Source: a virus
Reading direction: 5' to 3' (one strand)
DNA: 64,000 nt
Virus record (IMG/VR): IMGVR_UViG_3300023179_008562
Span: 26,678-90,677 of that record
Of this stretch, positions 31,243 to 41,600 are shown in pieces. Within the stretch, counting starts at the first letter, position 1, and each line of letters begins with the position of its first letter. Position numbers and translations under genes: made by a program. The notes below the pieces were generated by a model. The model had not been told where the DNA came from. It did no database searches and saw nothing but the letters and a program-made list of their open reading frames with translations.

Positions 31243-32561
31243 AATTAGAGAAATCAGAAATTGCTTTTCACAAAAAGCCACCAACACTTTGTATGGCCCC
31301 CTGGGCACACACCTATCTGAGTCCGCAGACTGAGAGAAGAATGTGCTGTGCTAGTCGTGAGCCGGCACAAAACTTTCAACAGTATATTGATACTCGGGCC
31401 GGCACAGGCAAGTACATTCCCATCACACTAGAGCAGCATTGGAATAGCGAGCACATGAAGTCGGTGCGCCGGCGTATGATGGCAGGAGAAACATTGCCTG
31501 AGTGCGAAGTCTGCAATAATAAGCTACTAAATACCGACGTATACCGCAGCTATTTTAATCAGTTGTTCGGACATAAGTACAATAGCATATGGGAAACCAC
31601 AGATGAATCGGGGTATACTACCATGCAACCTGTCAGCTGGGATTATCGTTTCAGTAATCTCTGCAACTTCAAATGCCGTACGTGCGGCGACATGTTGAGC
31701 AGTGCCTGGGAAACCGAACAACGGCAGCACAACATGATCAACTGGCATGACTCCAAGAATAATTGGCAGCGTCCAGAAATAAAAAAACAAATCGAATATT
31801 TTCAAGAAACACAGATTGAACAAGAGTTCGCTCAAGCAGTCGAGAACCATCAAGTTGAGGAGGTATATTGGGTAGGCGGTGAGCCTCTGATGTACGAACA
31901 GCACTGGCGTTATATGCGGCGCATTGTTGAACTGGGAGATGGTAAAAATGTTTACGCTAGATACAACACAAACCTTAGTCGCATCAATTATCGCGGCATC
32001 AATCTCTATAGCGATATTTTGGCTGGGCTACGCGACTGGCAAATATGTGCAAGCATCGATGGTACGGGCCGAGTTGGAGAGTATATACGAACAGGTCTCG
32101 ATTATGCAACGTGGCTTGAAAACTTTAAGGCTGGTGTTCGAGTCGCTACGCATCGTCGTCAGATGAGAATTGATTTCACACTTACCCTGCCGGGTATGTT
32201 TGAAATAGCGAATATTCAAAAGTTAGCAGATGAACTGGGGGTGGATATCCTGGCCAAAGTGGTGTTTAGCTTCGGTCCGGATATCCTGCTTTCACCTCTG
32301 GCTTTACCTCGAGACATATTACATACTTGGATAGATGAATTGCTACCAGAGACTCAGGGAGCATTGCGGGATATATTGGTACAACTCAAAACTCGACCCA
32401 CCTTCGCCGAGCAATGGCCCAACGAGTATACTGCGGGATTATGCGAAGGTAAAGCCAGAATTTTAAAATTGGAATCTATTCGCAAGGATACATATACATT
32501 AGCAGATATTCTTAGTCAGAGGCCCCAAGTTCATGAGTGGTACAAATCCATCGACAGTTAA
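31239..32561 (+). CDS. Radical SAM protein with N-terminal twitch-like Cys cluster
   Basis: CNFKCRTC and VGGEP; CMAPW...MCC...CEVC. Confidence 0.85.
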   Translation: MKLEKSEIAFHKKPPTLCMAPWAHTYLSPQTERRMCCASREPAQNFQQYIDTRAGTGKYIPITLEQHWNSEHMKSVRRRMMAGETLPECEVCNNKLLNTDVYRSYFNQLFGHKYNSIWETTDESGYTTMQPVSWDYRFSNLCNFKCRTCGDMLSSAWETEQRQHNMINWHDSKNNWQRPEIKKQIEYFQETQIEQEFAQAVENHQVEEVYWVGGEPLMYEQHWRYMRRIVELGDGKNVYARYNTNLSRINYRGINLYSDILAGLRDWQICASIDGTGRVGEYIRTGLDYATWLENFKAGVRVATHRRQMRIDFTLTLPGMFEIANIQKLADELGVDILAKVVFSFGPDILLSPLALPRDILHTWIDELLPETQGALRDILVQLKTRPTFAEQWPNEYTAGLCEGKARILKLESIRKDTYTLADILSQRPQVHEWYKSIDS

Positions 32562-33684
32562 AGTCACTTTAAGAAATCCCGTCAATAAGTCAGAGACCTG
32601 GGATTACTGGATCATTCCAGACCACCATCAACTGGCCCAGGATTGGGTAGTTGCACTTAGAGAATTGTTAAAGTCTGGCAGACCATTGGAAAAAAATTAT
32701 TGTTTTATGGGATTTCCAGACACTGCTAGAAATTTAGAATATTTGTGTAACGAGCTCAATCGACACATTAAAACCATCAATCTTTTTAATCGAACAAAGG
32801 TCTGGCAAAATGCAGGGTTAGAATCATATGTCATTGAGGATTACTTTACTCCTGATGTTGTGAGATTTGGTAGTGACTATTCCGTTGGCTGGGACGATGA
32901 AAACCTGGGGCTCAGTGTCAAACACGAAGTAATGAACCGTCTGCATAATCATTTTGAAGTATTGCAGGGAGTTGCCTGGGACCTCAGCAGCTATTATAAA
33001 TTAGCGGATTATGATACCAAATACGCCATCAGGCAATTAAACAATATTTGTCATGAAATTGAAACTCTGATTCTGAGTCAGCGTAAACGGGCAGTTTTAC
33101 CAGACTGGGTGCGCCCCAGTCAGATTACCACATTCCTGCAAGCCCAACGATATGAATTAACGCCCGAGCACAGACAGTTATTTTTGACCAATGGTTATGA
33201 TCGAGAATTTGGTAGAGTCTACATGCATTGGACACAGATTGGAAAAACTCTGTTTGAAGTCTTTCGTGACGAACATGCTCCCAGACTGACTGACACAATT
33301 TGTGAAGCCATCACTGAGCTCAAATACTACAGTGGCGAATTTGACATTGAGTGGGGCAATAATGTCACCTATGGTCGGGGATTCAAATGGCACGATCAGG
33401 AACAGGATCAGTTCCGCCAATGGTTGATAGATAACGGTCGTGACCCTGGGGATACCAATCTGAGTCTGGGATATTTGCCTATTGGGCAAGTTGATCTAAT
33501 TAAAAGTTTTAATACCCAAAACCCGATTAAAATCAGAGAAATTTTGGGGAAGTATTTGGACATATATCAGATACAAATTGACGATGTCATTGGGGTCTAT
33601 GATAATTGTTGGTCGGATGATGACCACCAACAGCAGCAAATTAATGCAATGATGGCTGGTTATGATTTTAGTAGCCGGGGGTGA
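32533..33684 (+). CDS. Hypothetical protein
   Basis: 383-aa ORF overlapping both neighbours; no motif recognised. Confidence 0.65.
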   Translation: MSGTNPSTVKVTLRNPVNKSETWDYWIIPDHHQLAQDWVVALRELLKSGRPLEKNYCFMGFPDTARNLEYLCNELNRHIKTINLFNRTKVWQNAGLESYVIEDYFTPDVVRFGSDYSVGWDDENLGLSVKHEVMNRLHNHFEVLQGVAWDLSSYYKLADYDTKYAIRQLNNICHEIETLILSQRKRAVLPDWVRPSQITTFLQAQRYELTPEHRQLFLTNGYDREFGRVYMHWTQIGKTLFEVFRDEHAPRLTDTICEAITELKYYSGEFDIEWGNNVTYGRGFKWHDQEQDQFRQWLIDNGRDPGDTNLSLGYLPIGQVDLIKSFNTQNPIKIREILGKYLDIYQIQIDDVIGVYDNCWSDDDHQQQQINAMMAGYDFSSRG

Positions 33685-34483
33685 CAGCCTAATTTTTGGG
33701 TCGGAGTTATCTGATCAGATTAATCAAACACCTAGTGAAAAGACGTTTTCTGCTCAACTAGCTAGACTTGCTGGTCTGGAATATGTATCAACTGCCTTTC
33801 CTGGTAATGCTAACTCGGCTATTTCCAGAACAACTCTAAGAAAATGTCAGGACCTACAACGTCAGGGAAAGAAATTTGCTGTACTAATAATGTGGAGTTT
33901 TGTTTCCAGATTTGAATTTAGATTTAATTATCAGACACATCAACGAAATAGTCCCTGGTATAGCATAAATCCCTGGACCATTGAATCAGACTTAAAGAAA
34001 ATTTCTGACAATTATTTTACTCCCAATTCTGATATTGAACAACGACAACTCAACAATATATTAACTGCCAGAACCACTGGAGTCGCAGATTTTGCATCAG
34101 TATTTTACAAACATGTAGGCAACAGTGAATATTATGAAATGTATTCCAGTTTTAGAGAATTTATTTTCATGCAAGATTATCTAAAATTAAATGGGATCCC
34201 CTATATTTTCCTGACAGCTGGTAATACATTTTATCAACATGAAAATTATATTAGGAGTCAGGATCACTGGCTATCTGATTTATATCAACTGATTGACTGG
34301 GACCAATGGTTTTTCTTTCCTGCAACATCGGTCAGTTTGACCCAGGAACCCAAAGGATTTTTTCACTGGGCGACAGAAAATAAATACCCAATGGGCACTA
34401 CACACCCGCTCGAGGCAGCACACGATGATGCTGCTAATTTGATTAGGGAAAAATTCAATGAATTGGTTACGAAAAATTTATGA
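33662..34483 (+). CDS. SGNH/GDSL-like protein
   Basis: GGDSL near the N-terminus, PGNAN, C-terminal THPLEAAH. Confidence 0.55.
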   Translation: MILVAGGDSLIFGSELSDQINQTPSEKTFSAQLARLAGLEYVSTAFPGNANSAISRTTLRKCQDLQRQGKKFAVLIMWSFVSRFEFRFNYQTHQRNSPWYSINPWTIESDLKKISDNYFTPNSDIEQRQLNNILTARTTGVADFASVFYKHVGNSEYYEMYSSFREFIFMQDYLKLNGIPYIFLTAGNTFYQHENYIRSQDHWLSDLYQLIDWDQWFFFPATSVSLTQEPKGFFHWATENKYPMGTTHPLEAAHDDAANLIREKFNELVTKNL

Positions 34484-34559
34484 TCGTATTGTTTTAGAAA
34501 TTACCTACCGTAAGAGACTCCGAGAGTTGCGTAAACGTGATCCATTCATCTACAAATGA
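34458..34559 (+). CDS. 33-aa basic peptide MNWLRKIYDRIVLEITYRKRLRELRKRDPFIYK (absent from the ORF track)
   Basis: Fills the gap between two SGNH-like genes; its TGA overlaps the next ATG (ATGA). Confidence 0.7.
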   Translation: MNWLRKIYDRIVLEITYRKRLRELRKRDPFIYK

Positions 34560-35107
34560 TATTGGTCAACGGCTGTAGTTTTACATCGGGCGAAGAATCT
34601 CCCATTGCTTGGCCTCGCCTGCTAGATTTCGATGTAGTCAACATTGCGACTGCTGGTGCCAGCAATGATTATATTTTAAGAAGTACGGTGGATTTTGTGG
34701 ATAACCATCGAGTGGACAGGGTCATTATTGCCTGGACCAGCCCCCATAGAATAGAAATTTCAAATAAACATTTGACTTCAGGTAGTTTTAGAAAATACGG
34801 AAAAATTGTTGAAGAAGTTTTCAAAGATTGGGATGAACAATGGGCATACTTAAAATTTTTAACGCAGATTAAATTACTTGATAACTATCTTAAGGACATA
34901 CCACATGTCTTTGTCAGTGCATTTGATATACAGAAATATGCTTCTGGTGTTGGGTTAGATTGTTATTTGGGCTGGCCCAAGCAAGGTTTGGTGGAGTGGA
35001 TGGGAGATTGTAGTTTGGGCCCTGGCGGGCACCCATTGGAAGTTGGACATCAATTAATAGCAGATCGAATCAATGAACATATTAGGAATCTCGGCTGGAT
35101 TTCATGA
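34556..35107 (+). CDS. SGNH/GDSL-like protein
   Basis: NGCSFT, AGASN, IAWTS and GGHPLEVGH. Confidence 0.55.
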   Translation: MILVNGCSFTSGEESPIAWPRLLDFDVVNIATAGASNDYILRSTVDFVDNHRVDRVIIAWTSPHRIEISNKHLTSGSFRKYGKIVEEVFKDWDEQWAYLKFLTQIKLLDNYLKDIPHVFVSAFDIQKYASGVGLDCYLGWPKQGLVEWMGDCSLGPGGHPLEVGHQLIADRINEHIRNLGWIS

Positions 35108-36545
35108 CGCAGGTGCTACAGTAGTTGATGGTAGCACCGGTGACATCCTATTTGCGGCACACAGTGAAAGATACAGCAAGCAAAAAAACGATGCCGACCT
35201 CTGTCAGGGCATAGCAGAAGCTGCGTTGGCACATGGGCCCATTGGCACAATTGCCTATTATGAAACTCCCTGGCTGAAGCAACTGCGACAGCTATACAGC
35301 GGTCAGGGCATCGAATGGGATAAACTAAATACCAAAAAAATCATAACAGACCAGTTGGGATTCAAAATCTCAGTCCCTGTCAGGACTTATCAGCATCATC
35401 TGAGTCATGCCGCTGCGGGATTTCAGACCAGCCCATTCGATCGGGCCACCGTGGTGGTGATTGATGCCATCGGTGAATGGGACACCATAACCATCTGGGC
35501 CGCAGAATACGTCAATGGTCAGGCCCAATATAACAAACTCTGGGGTCAGAAATATCCACACAGTCTGGGGCTGTTTTATTCAGCCATGACTCAACGTGCA
35601 GGGTTGCGGCCATTGGATGAAGAATACATTCTCATGGGTATGGCAGCTTATGGCACTGCTGATCCTAGCATGCTAGCGGATTTCGTTCAGAATTTGGACA
35701 CTCTGGAGTTTCGACGGAATCTCCATGCGGGTGCTGATGATTATCGTCCAGACATGAGTGATTTTGATATCGCGGCCAGTGCCCAGCAGACTCTGGAAAC
35801 TTGTCTGGCCAGTGTGATGACACGAGCCAGGGCATTCGGCTGGAGCACGAATTTGGTCTATATGGGTGGAGTCGCTTTAAATTGTTCAGCAAACGCCAGA
35901 CTGGGACAATATTTCGACGACATCTGGATCATGCCCAACCCTGGTGATTGCGGCAGCAGTCTGGGGGCCGCGGCTCTGGCTTATAGTGGTCGAATAAACT
36001 GGCAACATCCCTATCTGGGCACAGAAATTCCAGGACCATATCCTCTGGCTGGTCTGATGAATGAACTACTGACTCGTCAGATTGTGGGGGTGGCCAGTGG
36101 TCGAGCAGAGTTTGGTCCCAGGGCCCTGGGCAACCGTAGTCTGTTAGCAGATCCACGGGGTCCTGAAATTAAAGACCGAGTTAACGAAATCAAACGCAGA
36201 CAAAAGTTCAGACCATTTGCCCCGGTGATTTTACAAGAGCACGCCAACGACTATTTTGAAATGCCAGTGGGCTTTGCCACCAGCCCATATATGCAGGTCA
36301 TAGCCAAATGTCGGCATCCTGAACAATTTCCTGCTATAATACATGTGGACGGCACCAGTCGAGTGCAGACCGTGTCTGAAAATTGTGGTAGCGGCATCAG
36401 ACAATTGTTGGAATCCTGGTATGCACAGACTGGCTGTCCCATGTTGTTGAACACCAGTCTGAACATACGCGGAGAACCCATGGTCAACAATCGTGCAGAT
36501 GCCGACAGGTTTGAACAGTTGTATAATGTAAAGGTCATGTCATGA
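35073..36545 (+). CDS. Carbamoyltransferase (NodU/CmcH/TobZ family)
   Basis: FHDAG, HHLSHAA, IDAIGE, GGVALN, EFGPRALGNRS, FRPFAP, HVDGTSRVQTV and LLNTSLN. Confidence 0.92.
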   Translation: MNILGISAGFHDAGATVVDGSTGDILFAAHSERYSKQKNDADLCQGIAEAALAHGPIGTIAYYETPWLKQLRQLYSGQGIEWDKLNTKKIITDQLGFKISVPVRTYQHHLSHAAAGFQTSPFDRATVVVIDAIGEWDTITIWAAEYVNGQAQYNKLWGQKYPHSLGLFYSAMTQRAGLRPLDEEYILMGMAAYGTADPSMLADFVQNLDTLEFRRNLHAGADDYRPDMSDFDIAASAQQTLETCLASVMTRARAFGWSTNLVYMGGVALNCSANARLGQYFDDIWIMPNPGDCGSSLGAAALAYSGRINWQHPYLGTEIPGPYPLAGLMNELLTRQIVGVASGRAEFGPRALGNRSLLADPRGPEIKDRVNEIKRRQKFRPFAPVILQEHANDYFEMPVGFATSPYMQVIAKCRHPEQFPAIIHVDGTSRVQTVSENCGSGIRQLLESWYAQTGCPMLLNTSLNIRGEPMVNNRADADRFEQLYNVKVMS

Positions 36546-37276
36546 AGAATCTTATTGTTGTTGGTGATAGTTTTTGTGCTAGCCGAAATGTAAACAATGA
36601 TAACTTAAATCACCCCCCCTGCTGGCCAAATCTTTTGGCCCAGGAGTTAAAATTAAATTTATTGGGTGAAGGCATTGGTGGTGCTGGATGGTGGTCCACA
36701 AGACAATCGTTAAGAAAATTAACACCAGAACAGATCAATAACACTGAATGCATGGTTTTTTGTCATTCAGATGCCAATCGTTTATTAAATCACAACCTAA
36801 ATCAAAATCATCTAGATAAACATGATCCAAATCCTGCTAATGAAGAACATTTAGCAGTAAAGTTATACTACAAATATATTTTAGATATGGAATTTGCAAA
36901 CTGGGCTCAATAGATGTGGCTTAGGGAAATTTCAGACATATATGGGCATTTAAAATTGATTCACTTGCATTGTTTTCCTTGGTCAGTAGAAAAATTAACA
37001 ATTTCTCCCACTGAGGTTTCTGTTTCACCTGCACTTGCATCAGTATCTCTTAACGAATTTGAACTTGGGTTATTTGACAGCAAAAATACAATTGTTGAGA
37101 AATTAAGGCACGACACGAGGCATAATCATCTGAGTGAATTTAATAATATTGAATTGGCCAGACAATTGGCTGAGATTATAAGAAATTACTCAGTAAAAAA
37201 TTCAAGCCTTGATGTTGGTAAATTTCAAACCAAATCTATTAAGTGGTTTGACATTGACTTTTGGGACATTAAATAA
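36542..37276 (+). pseudogene. SGNH-like gene interrupted by an in-frame TAG (36911-36913)
   Basis: GDSF in the first half and RHNH in the second half, same frame: TGG GCT CAA TAG ATG TGG. Confidence 0.6.
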
Positions 37277-37707
37277 TGAAGAAGATATTAATCATGGGGT
37301 TGCCGGGCAGTGGCAAAACCACTCTGGCACAAGCATTACAAAATAAACTTGTTGAATTGGGTCGAACTTCCGACTGGTACAATGCTGATCAGATCAGGGA
37401 GCAACATAATGATTGGGACTTCAGTGAAGCTGGTAGACTCAGGCAAGCAAGCCGCATGAAACAGTTGGCCGACACTTCTGAATCAGATTTTGTCATATGC
37501 GATTTTGTAGCACCCACACAGCAGTTGCGTGATGAATTTGCAGCTGACTATGTGATCTGGATGGATACCATAACAGAGAGTAGATTTGCTGATACCAATC
37601 AGCTGTTTGAGTCTCCCAGTCAGTTTAATATTCAGGTATCTGTGCAAAATTCAGAATTTTGGGCCGACTATATTGCAGAACAGCTTATTTCCGCTGACGG
37701 TTCCTGA
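37276..37707 (+). CDS. P-loop kinase (adenylyl-sulfate kinase-like)
   Basis: GLPGSGKTT, NADQIR, DFSEAGRLRQ and ICDFVAP. Confidence 0.7.
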   Translation: MKKILIMGLPGSGKTTLAQALQNKLVELGRTSDWYNADQIREQHNDWDFSEAGRLRQASRMKQLADTSESDFVICDFVAPTQQLRDEFAADYVIWMDTITESRFADTNQLFESPSQFNIQVSVQNSEFWADYIAEQLISADGS

Positions 37708-38183
37708 TGTCTAAAAAATCCAATCGTGCCAAAGGCAGGGAAAGTTATGACGCCAACGTAGGTAACTCTCTGGTGGAATTTTTCAACAGAAATATCACCC
37801 CATACCCCACTGATGTGGGTGGTCCTGCGTTTGATTTGGTTCCTGTGACCAAACAAAAAGATGTCATGGTCAATGCTGCCAGAATGCATGGCATGCAGGA
37901 GTACAACCGCATCATGGATTTGGTGTCAGTGTTACAAAAACAAGCAGCTGATCTTAAACGCCGGCTGGATATCACCGACATGGTGCATCAGGCTCATTAT
38001 GAATTTCGGACCTATCACGGGCAGAAATACTGGCTTGTGTATGATACAAAAAAACAGTATACTAGATTGTGTCACCAGGGACCCACCGGCTGGAGTTGCG
38101 GTGCTCCAGAGGAATACAACTATATCTGTCAGATCAAATGGTTGGGTGATTATACCTGGATGGAAGTCACGGATGAAGAATAA
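37707..38183 (+). CDS. Conserved hypothetical protein (DUF2452-like)
   Basis: PYPTDVGGP...LQKQA...GQKYWL...LGDYTW pattern, recalled from this family. Confidence 0.45.
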   Translation: MSKKSNRAKGRESYDANVGNSLVEFFNRNITPYPTDVGGPAFDLVPVTKQKDVMVNAARMHGMQEYNRIMDLVSVLQKQAADLKRRLDITDMVHQAHYEFRTYHGQKYWLVYDTKKQYTRLCHQGPTGWSCGAPEEYNYICQIKWLGDYTWMEVTDEE

Positions 38184-38682
38184 ACACATACAGGCACATA
38201 TGCGAGCTGCGCATATCTATGCTGAATGTAGTACAGCCAGAAGGCTTAAAGTTGGCGCATTGGTAGTTAAAGATGATAGAATTATCAGTATTGGCTACAA
38301 TGGCATGCCGGCCGGCTGGGATAACAATTGCGAATTCTGGGAGAAAAAAATAGAATGGGACGACCCAAGTCAGGTTTACAAATTGCTAGGAGAGGGCTGG
38401 GAATGGCACGAAGACGAGGATGGTGGCAGTTATCTCAGGCGGTTAAAAACCAGACCCGAAGTACTCCACGCTGAATCAAATGCAGTTTCAAAACTGGCTC
38501 GTTCCAGCGAAAGCGGTGCTGGCGCCAGCATGTTTATCACTCATAGCCCCTGTATTGACTGTGCCAAATTAATTTATCAGAGTGGCGTTGTTGCAGTCTA
38601 CTATACAGTGGATTATCGATGCTCATCTGGCATCGAATTTCTAAAACGCTGCGGAATCAAAGTAGAAAAAATCCATGTTTGA
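38173..38682 (+). CDS. dCMP deaminase
   Basis: VGALVV, GYNG, HAESNA and SPCIDC; start reassigned to MKNKH. Confidence 0.9.
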   Translation: MKNKHIQAHMRAAHIYAECSTARRLKVGALVVKDDRIISIGYNGMPAGWDNNCEFWEKKIEWDDPSQVYKLLGEGWEWHEDEDGGSYLRRLKTRPEVLHAESNAVSKLARSSESGAGASMFITHSPCIDCAKLIYQSGVVAVYYTVDYRCSSGIEFLKRCGIKVEKIHV

Positions 38683-41600
38683 TGTATTTTATCAGGGACC
38701 CAAGCCCGGCCTTTTTCCATTTGAGCAACCGGCTCGAGATTTAGACGCTGCTGCCCGACTAAGTCGGACCAAATTCTTTTGGTTTATTGATGGCAACAAC
38801 GATTATAGCAAATTTGATTTTGATCAACGTCCGGTGCCCTGGCAGAGTGAGTTTGTTCATGTCTGGCCCAGTCAGTGGCAGACATGTGGTGGTACCTACC
38901 TTGCCAATAAACACACTGTAAAAAATAGACATTGGCATTTCAGAGATAACGCAGTTGTGCCAAGACAGGAATCATTAGAAAACTGGCATGTACCTGAGAA
39001 CATTATCAGTAATACGGTAGACTACACCTGGCATCCCAACCCCCTGGATCCACCTTACATCTACTGTTTTCCTAGTCAACATCAGAGCGCCAGTGGTGTA
39101 ATATATACGGTACCTGGTGCAACCGAAATTAAATTATCAGATTCATTCGTGGTCAAATCATTACCCAGAACAGATAACTGGCATATATTTGATAATATAG
39201 ATAGGGATTCTTTTGATTTTACCTGGCACCCAAATCCACTGGATCCACCTTATACATACCGATTTGGTAATCAGTGGAATCCACCTGAATACAAGTCCAG
39301 TCTGGAATATGTGGTTCCAGGAGCCACAGAAACAAAGTATATGACTGAGATCAGGGCACGTAAATTGCCAACCCCTGATGAATTTACCATCAACATTCCT
39401 GTGAGTGATTTTGATTTCAGCTGGGAGCCTAACCCATTTGACCCCCCATACATATACGTGTTTGGTAATCAGTGGAATCCTGGTGTGTTGGAACCCACAG
39501 TTGTTTATACTGTGCCAGGGGCCACTGAAGTCAAATATGTGGATGACATGGTGGCCACGGTGGCACCAGATGCCGCGAAATTTCTAATACTGGACAACAT
39601 TGAATACTTTGACTACAGTTGGAGACCCAACCCCAAGGATCCGGCCTACATCTATGTGTTTGGTAACCAATGGATGTCGCCTGAACTCAGACCAGCCCTG
39701 CAATACCAGGTCTCAGGTGCCACTGAAATAAAATATATGATGGAGCCCAGAGCTCGACGTGTTGGTGAACCTGAAAAATTCATCACACATTATGCCTGTG
39801 ACTTTGATTATAGCTGGGAACCCGACCCTGGCAGTCCGCCATATAACTATATCTTTGGTAATCAGCACTGGCCCGCAGAAGTCATGCCCACTGTGGAATA
39901 TTCCATGATCGGCGCCACTGACACCAAATACATGGAAATGCCACAGGCAAAACTGCTGGCCACCGACACGCACTGGCAGGCACAGACTGATCTGCCATTC
40001 GAGTTTGATCGTAGCTGGTGTCCGGATCCCGGTGACCCTCCCTACATTTATGTTTTTGGCAATCAATGGTATCCTGCCACAGAAATGCCCACCATGGAGT
40101 ATCAGGTACCTGGTGCACAGGAACGCAAGTTTATGGATCATCCACTGGCTCGTATGTTGCCTGTGATGGATCGATGGCACGTGCCTGAAGAAGTGGATCA
40201 GACACAAATTGACTTTGCTTGGGTTCCGCACCCCAAAGACTTGCCCTATGTCTATCATTTTGGTACAGAGTTTCAGCAAAGTGTTGGGCTGACCTACACG
40301 GTGCCTGGTGCCACCGATTTAAAGTTTCAGGGAGAAATTCCACTGATTCAGACGGTTGCCCAGGATCAGAAAACGTCTCTACAGGTGCTGGACATCTTCT
40401 TTATTGATAAAAACAATGCCAGTGCCAAGACGCGCTATGCGCGCCTACAAGAGCGTTATCCTGACATACACAGGGTCAGATATGCCAACAGCATCATGGA
40501 CACTATTCGACGCTGTCTGACCAGGAGTAAAACCGGCAAATTCTGGGTTATCAGCAGCGAAAACGTCTACGACGATTTCGATTTCACCTGGCATGCCCAG
40601 CCCTGGCAAAGTTATATGACTCATGTGTTTGGGTCACAGTGGCAGAAATGGTCAGATACTTTCTTAATCAATCGCTACGAATTCGAACGACATACTCAGT
40701 GGGCTGGTAGCATTGAACAATTCCCCAATCTGAATTTTGTTAAAGATCAGCCAGTCATGATACCCGATGACCTGCATGACATCTACTGGGTCAGTCACGG
40801 CAACGCCACTGATCAGTATCAGCAACTCAGTCAGAAATACCCTGATATTCGGAGCACCAGATTCGTTGACAGTTATCTGGAAACTCTGCGTCGTATCATG
40901 GCCACAGTGACCACTGAGTATGTCTGGGTCATCAGCAGTCTGTGCGACTACACCAGATTTGATTTCAGTTGGCAACCTGAACCCTGGCAACGTGAAATGA
41001 TGCACGTATTCCCCAGTGGTAAACAAATTCGTGGAGACACATTTTATATACACGTGCCGAGTTTTCAGAAACAAATGCAACAACTGGTGTTGCTGGACTG
41101 GTTTGACACGGTGAACTACTGTTCAGAACAGACAGTTCCCAGATTACCTATACCGGTGGTTCGTTATACCACTGACTCGGCAGTTGATGTGCTTAAAAAT
41201 CATAATTTTGAAAACCCCTACACCTGGTTCGTGCCCAATCATGAGTTCGTTCAAGATCATGCACTAGTATACGAACCTGCAATTTGGTATGCCAAAGACA
41301 AGAAAATTCACACTTTTTCGCGTGGAAATAGTGTGATTTTGGCTCCCAGAGACGTGAAAATTCACATTAATACACAAGCCTATGATTATCCCTATATCGA
41401 CAAGCAACGAACCATAAAAGAACCCGATCTGGATATCATCTACATCAGCAATGGTGAACCCGATGCAGAACGCTGGTATGAGCATTTGTGTAACATTGCA
41501 GGCAGACCCATCAAACGTGTTCAGAACATCGATGGGCGTGCCAATGCCTATCGAGCCGCAGCTGAACTCAGCGACACTGCCTGGTTCTTCACAGTGTTTG

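Noticed and set aside
36911-36913. Genome-wide TAG recoding (code 15/16)
   Set aside because: Very long ORFs, including 4389 aa, have no in-frame TAG, and several genes end plausibly at TAG (50215, 55561, 57566, 58647). Only one gene is interrupted.
37861-38172. N-terminal extension on dCMP deaminase, and similar extensions at 17069, 43298, 59735 and 63787
   Set aside because: These are longest-ORF artefacts that overlap upstream genes; better starts lie downstream.
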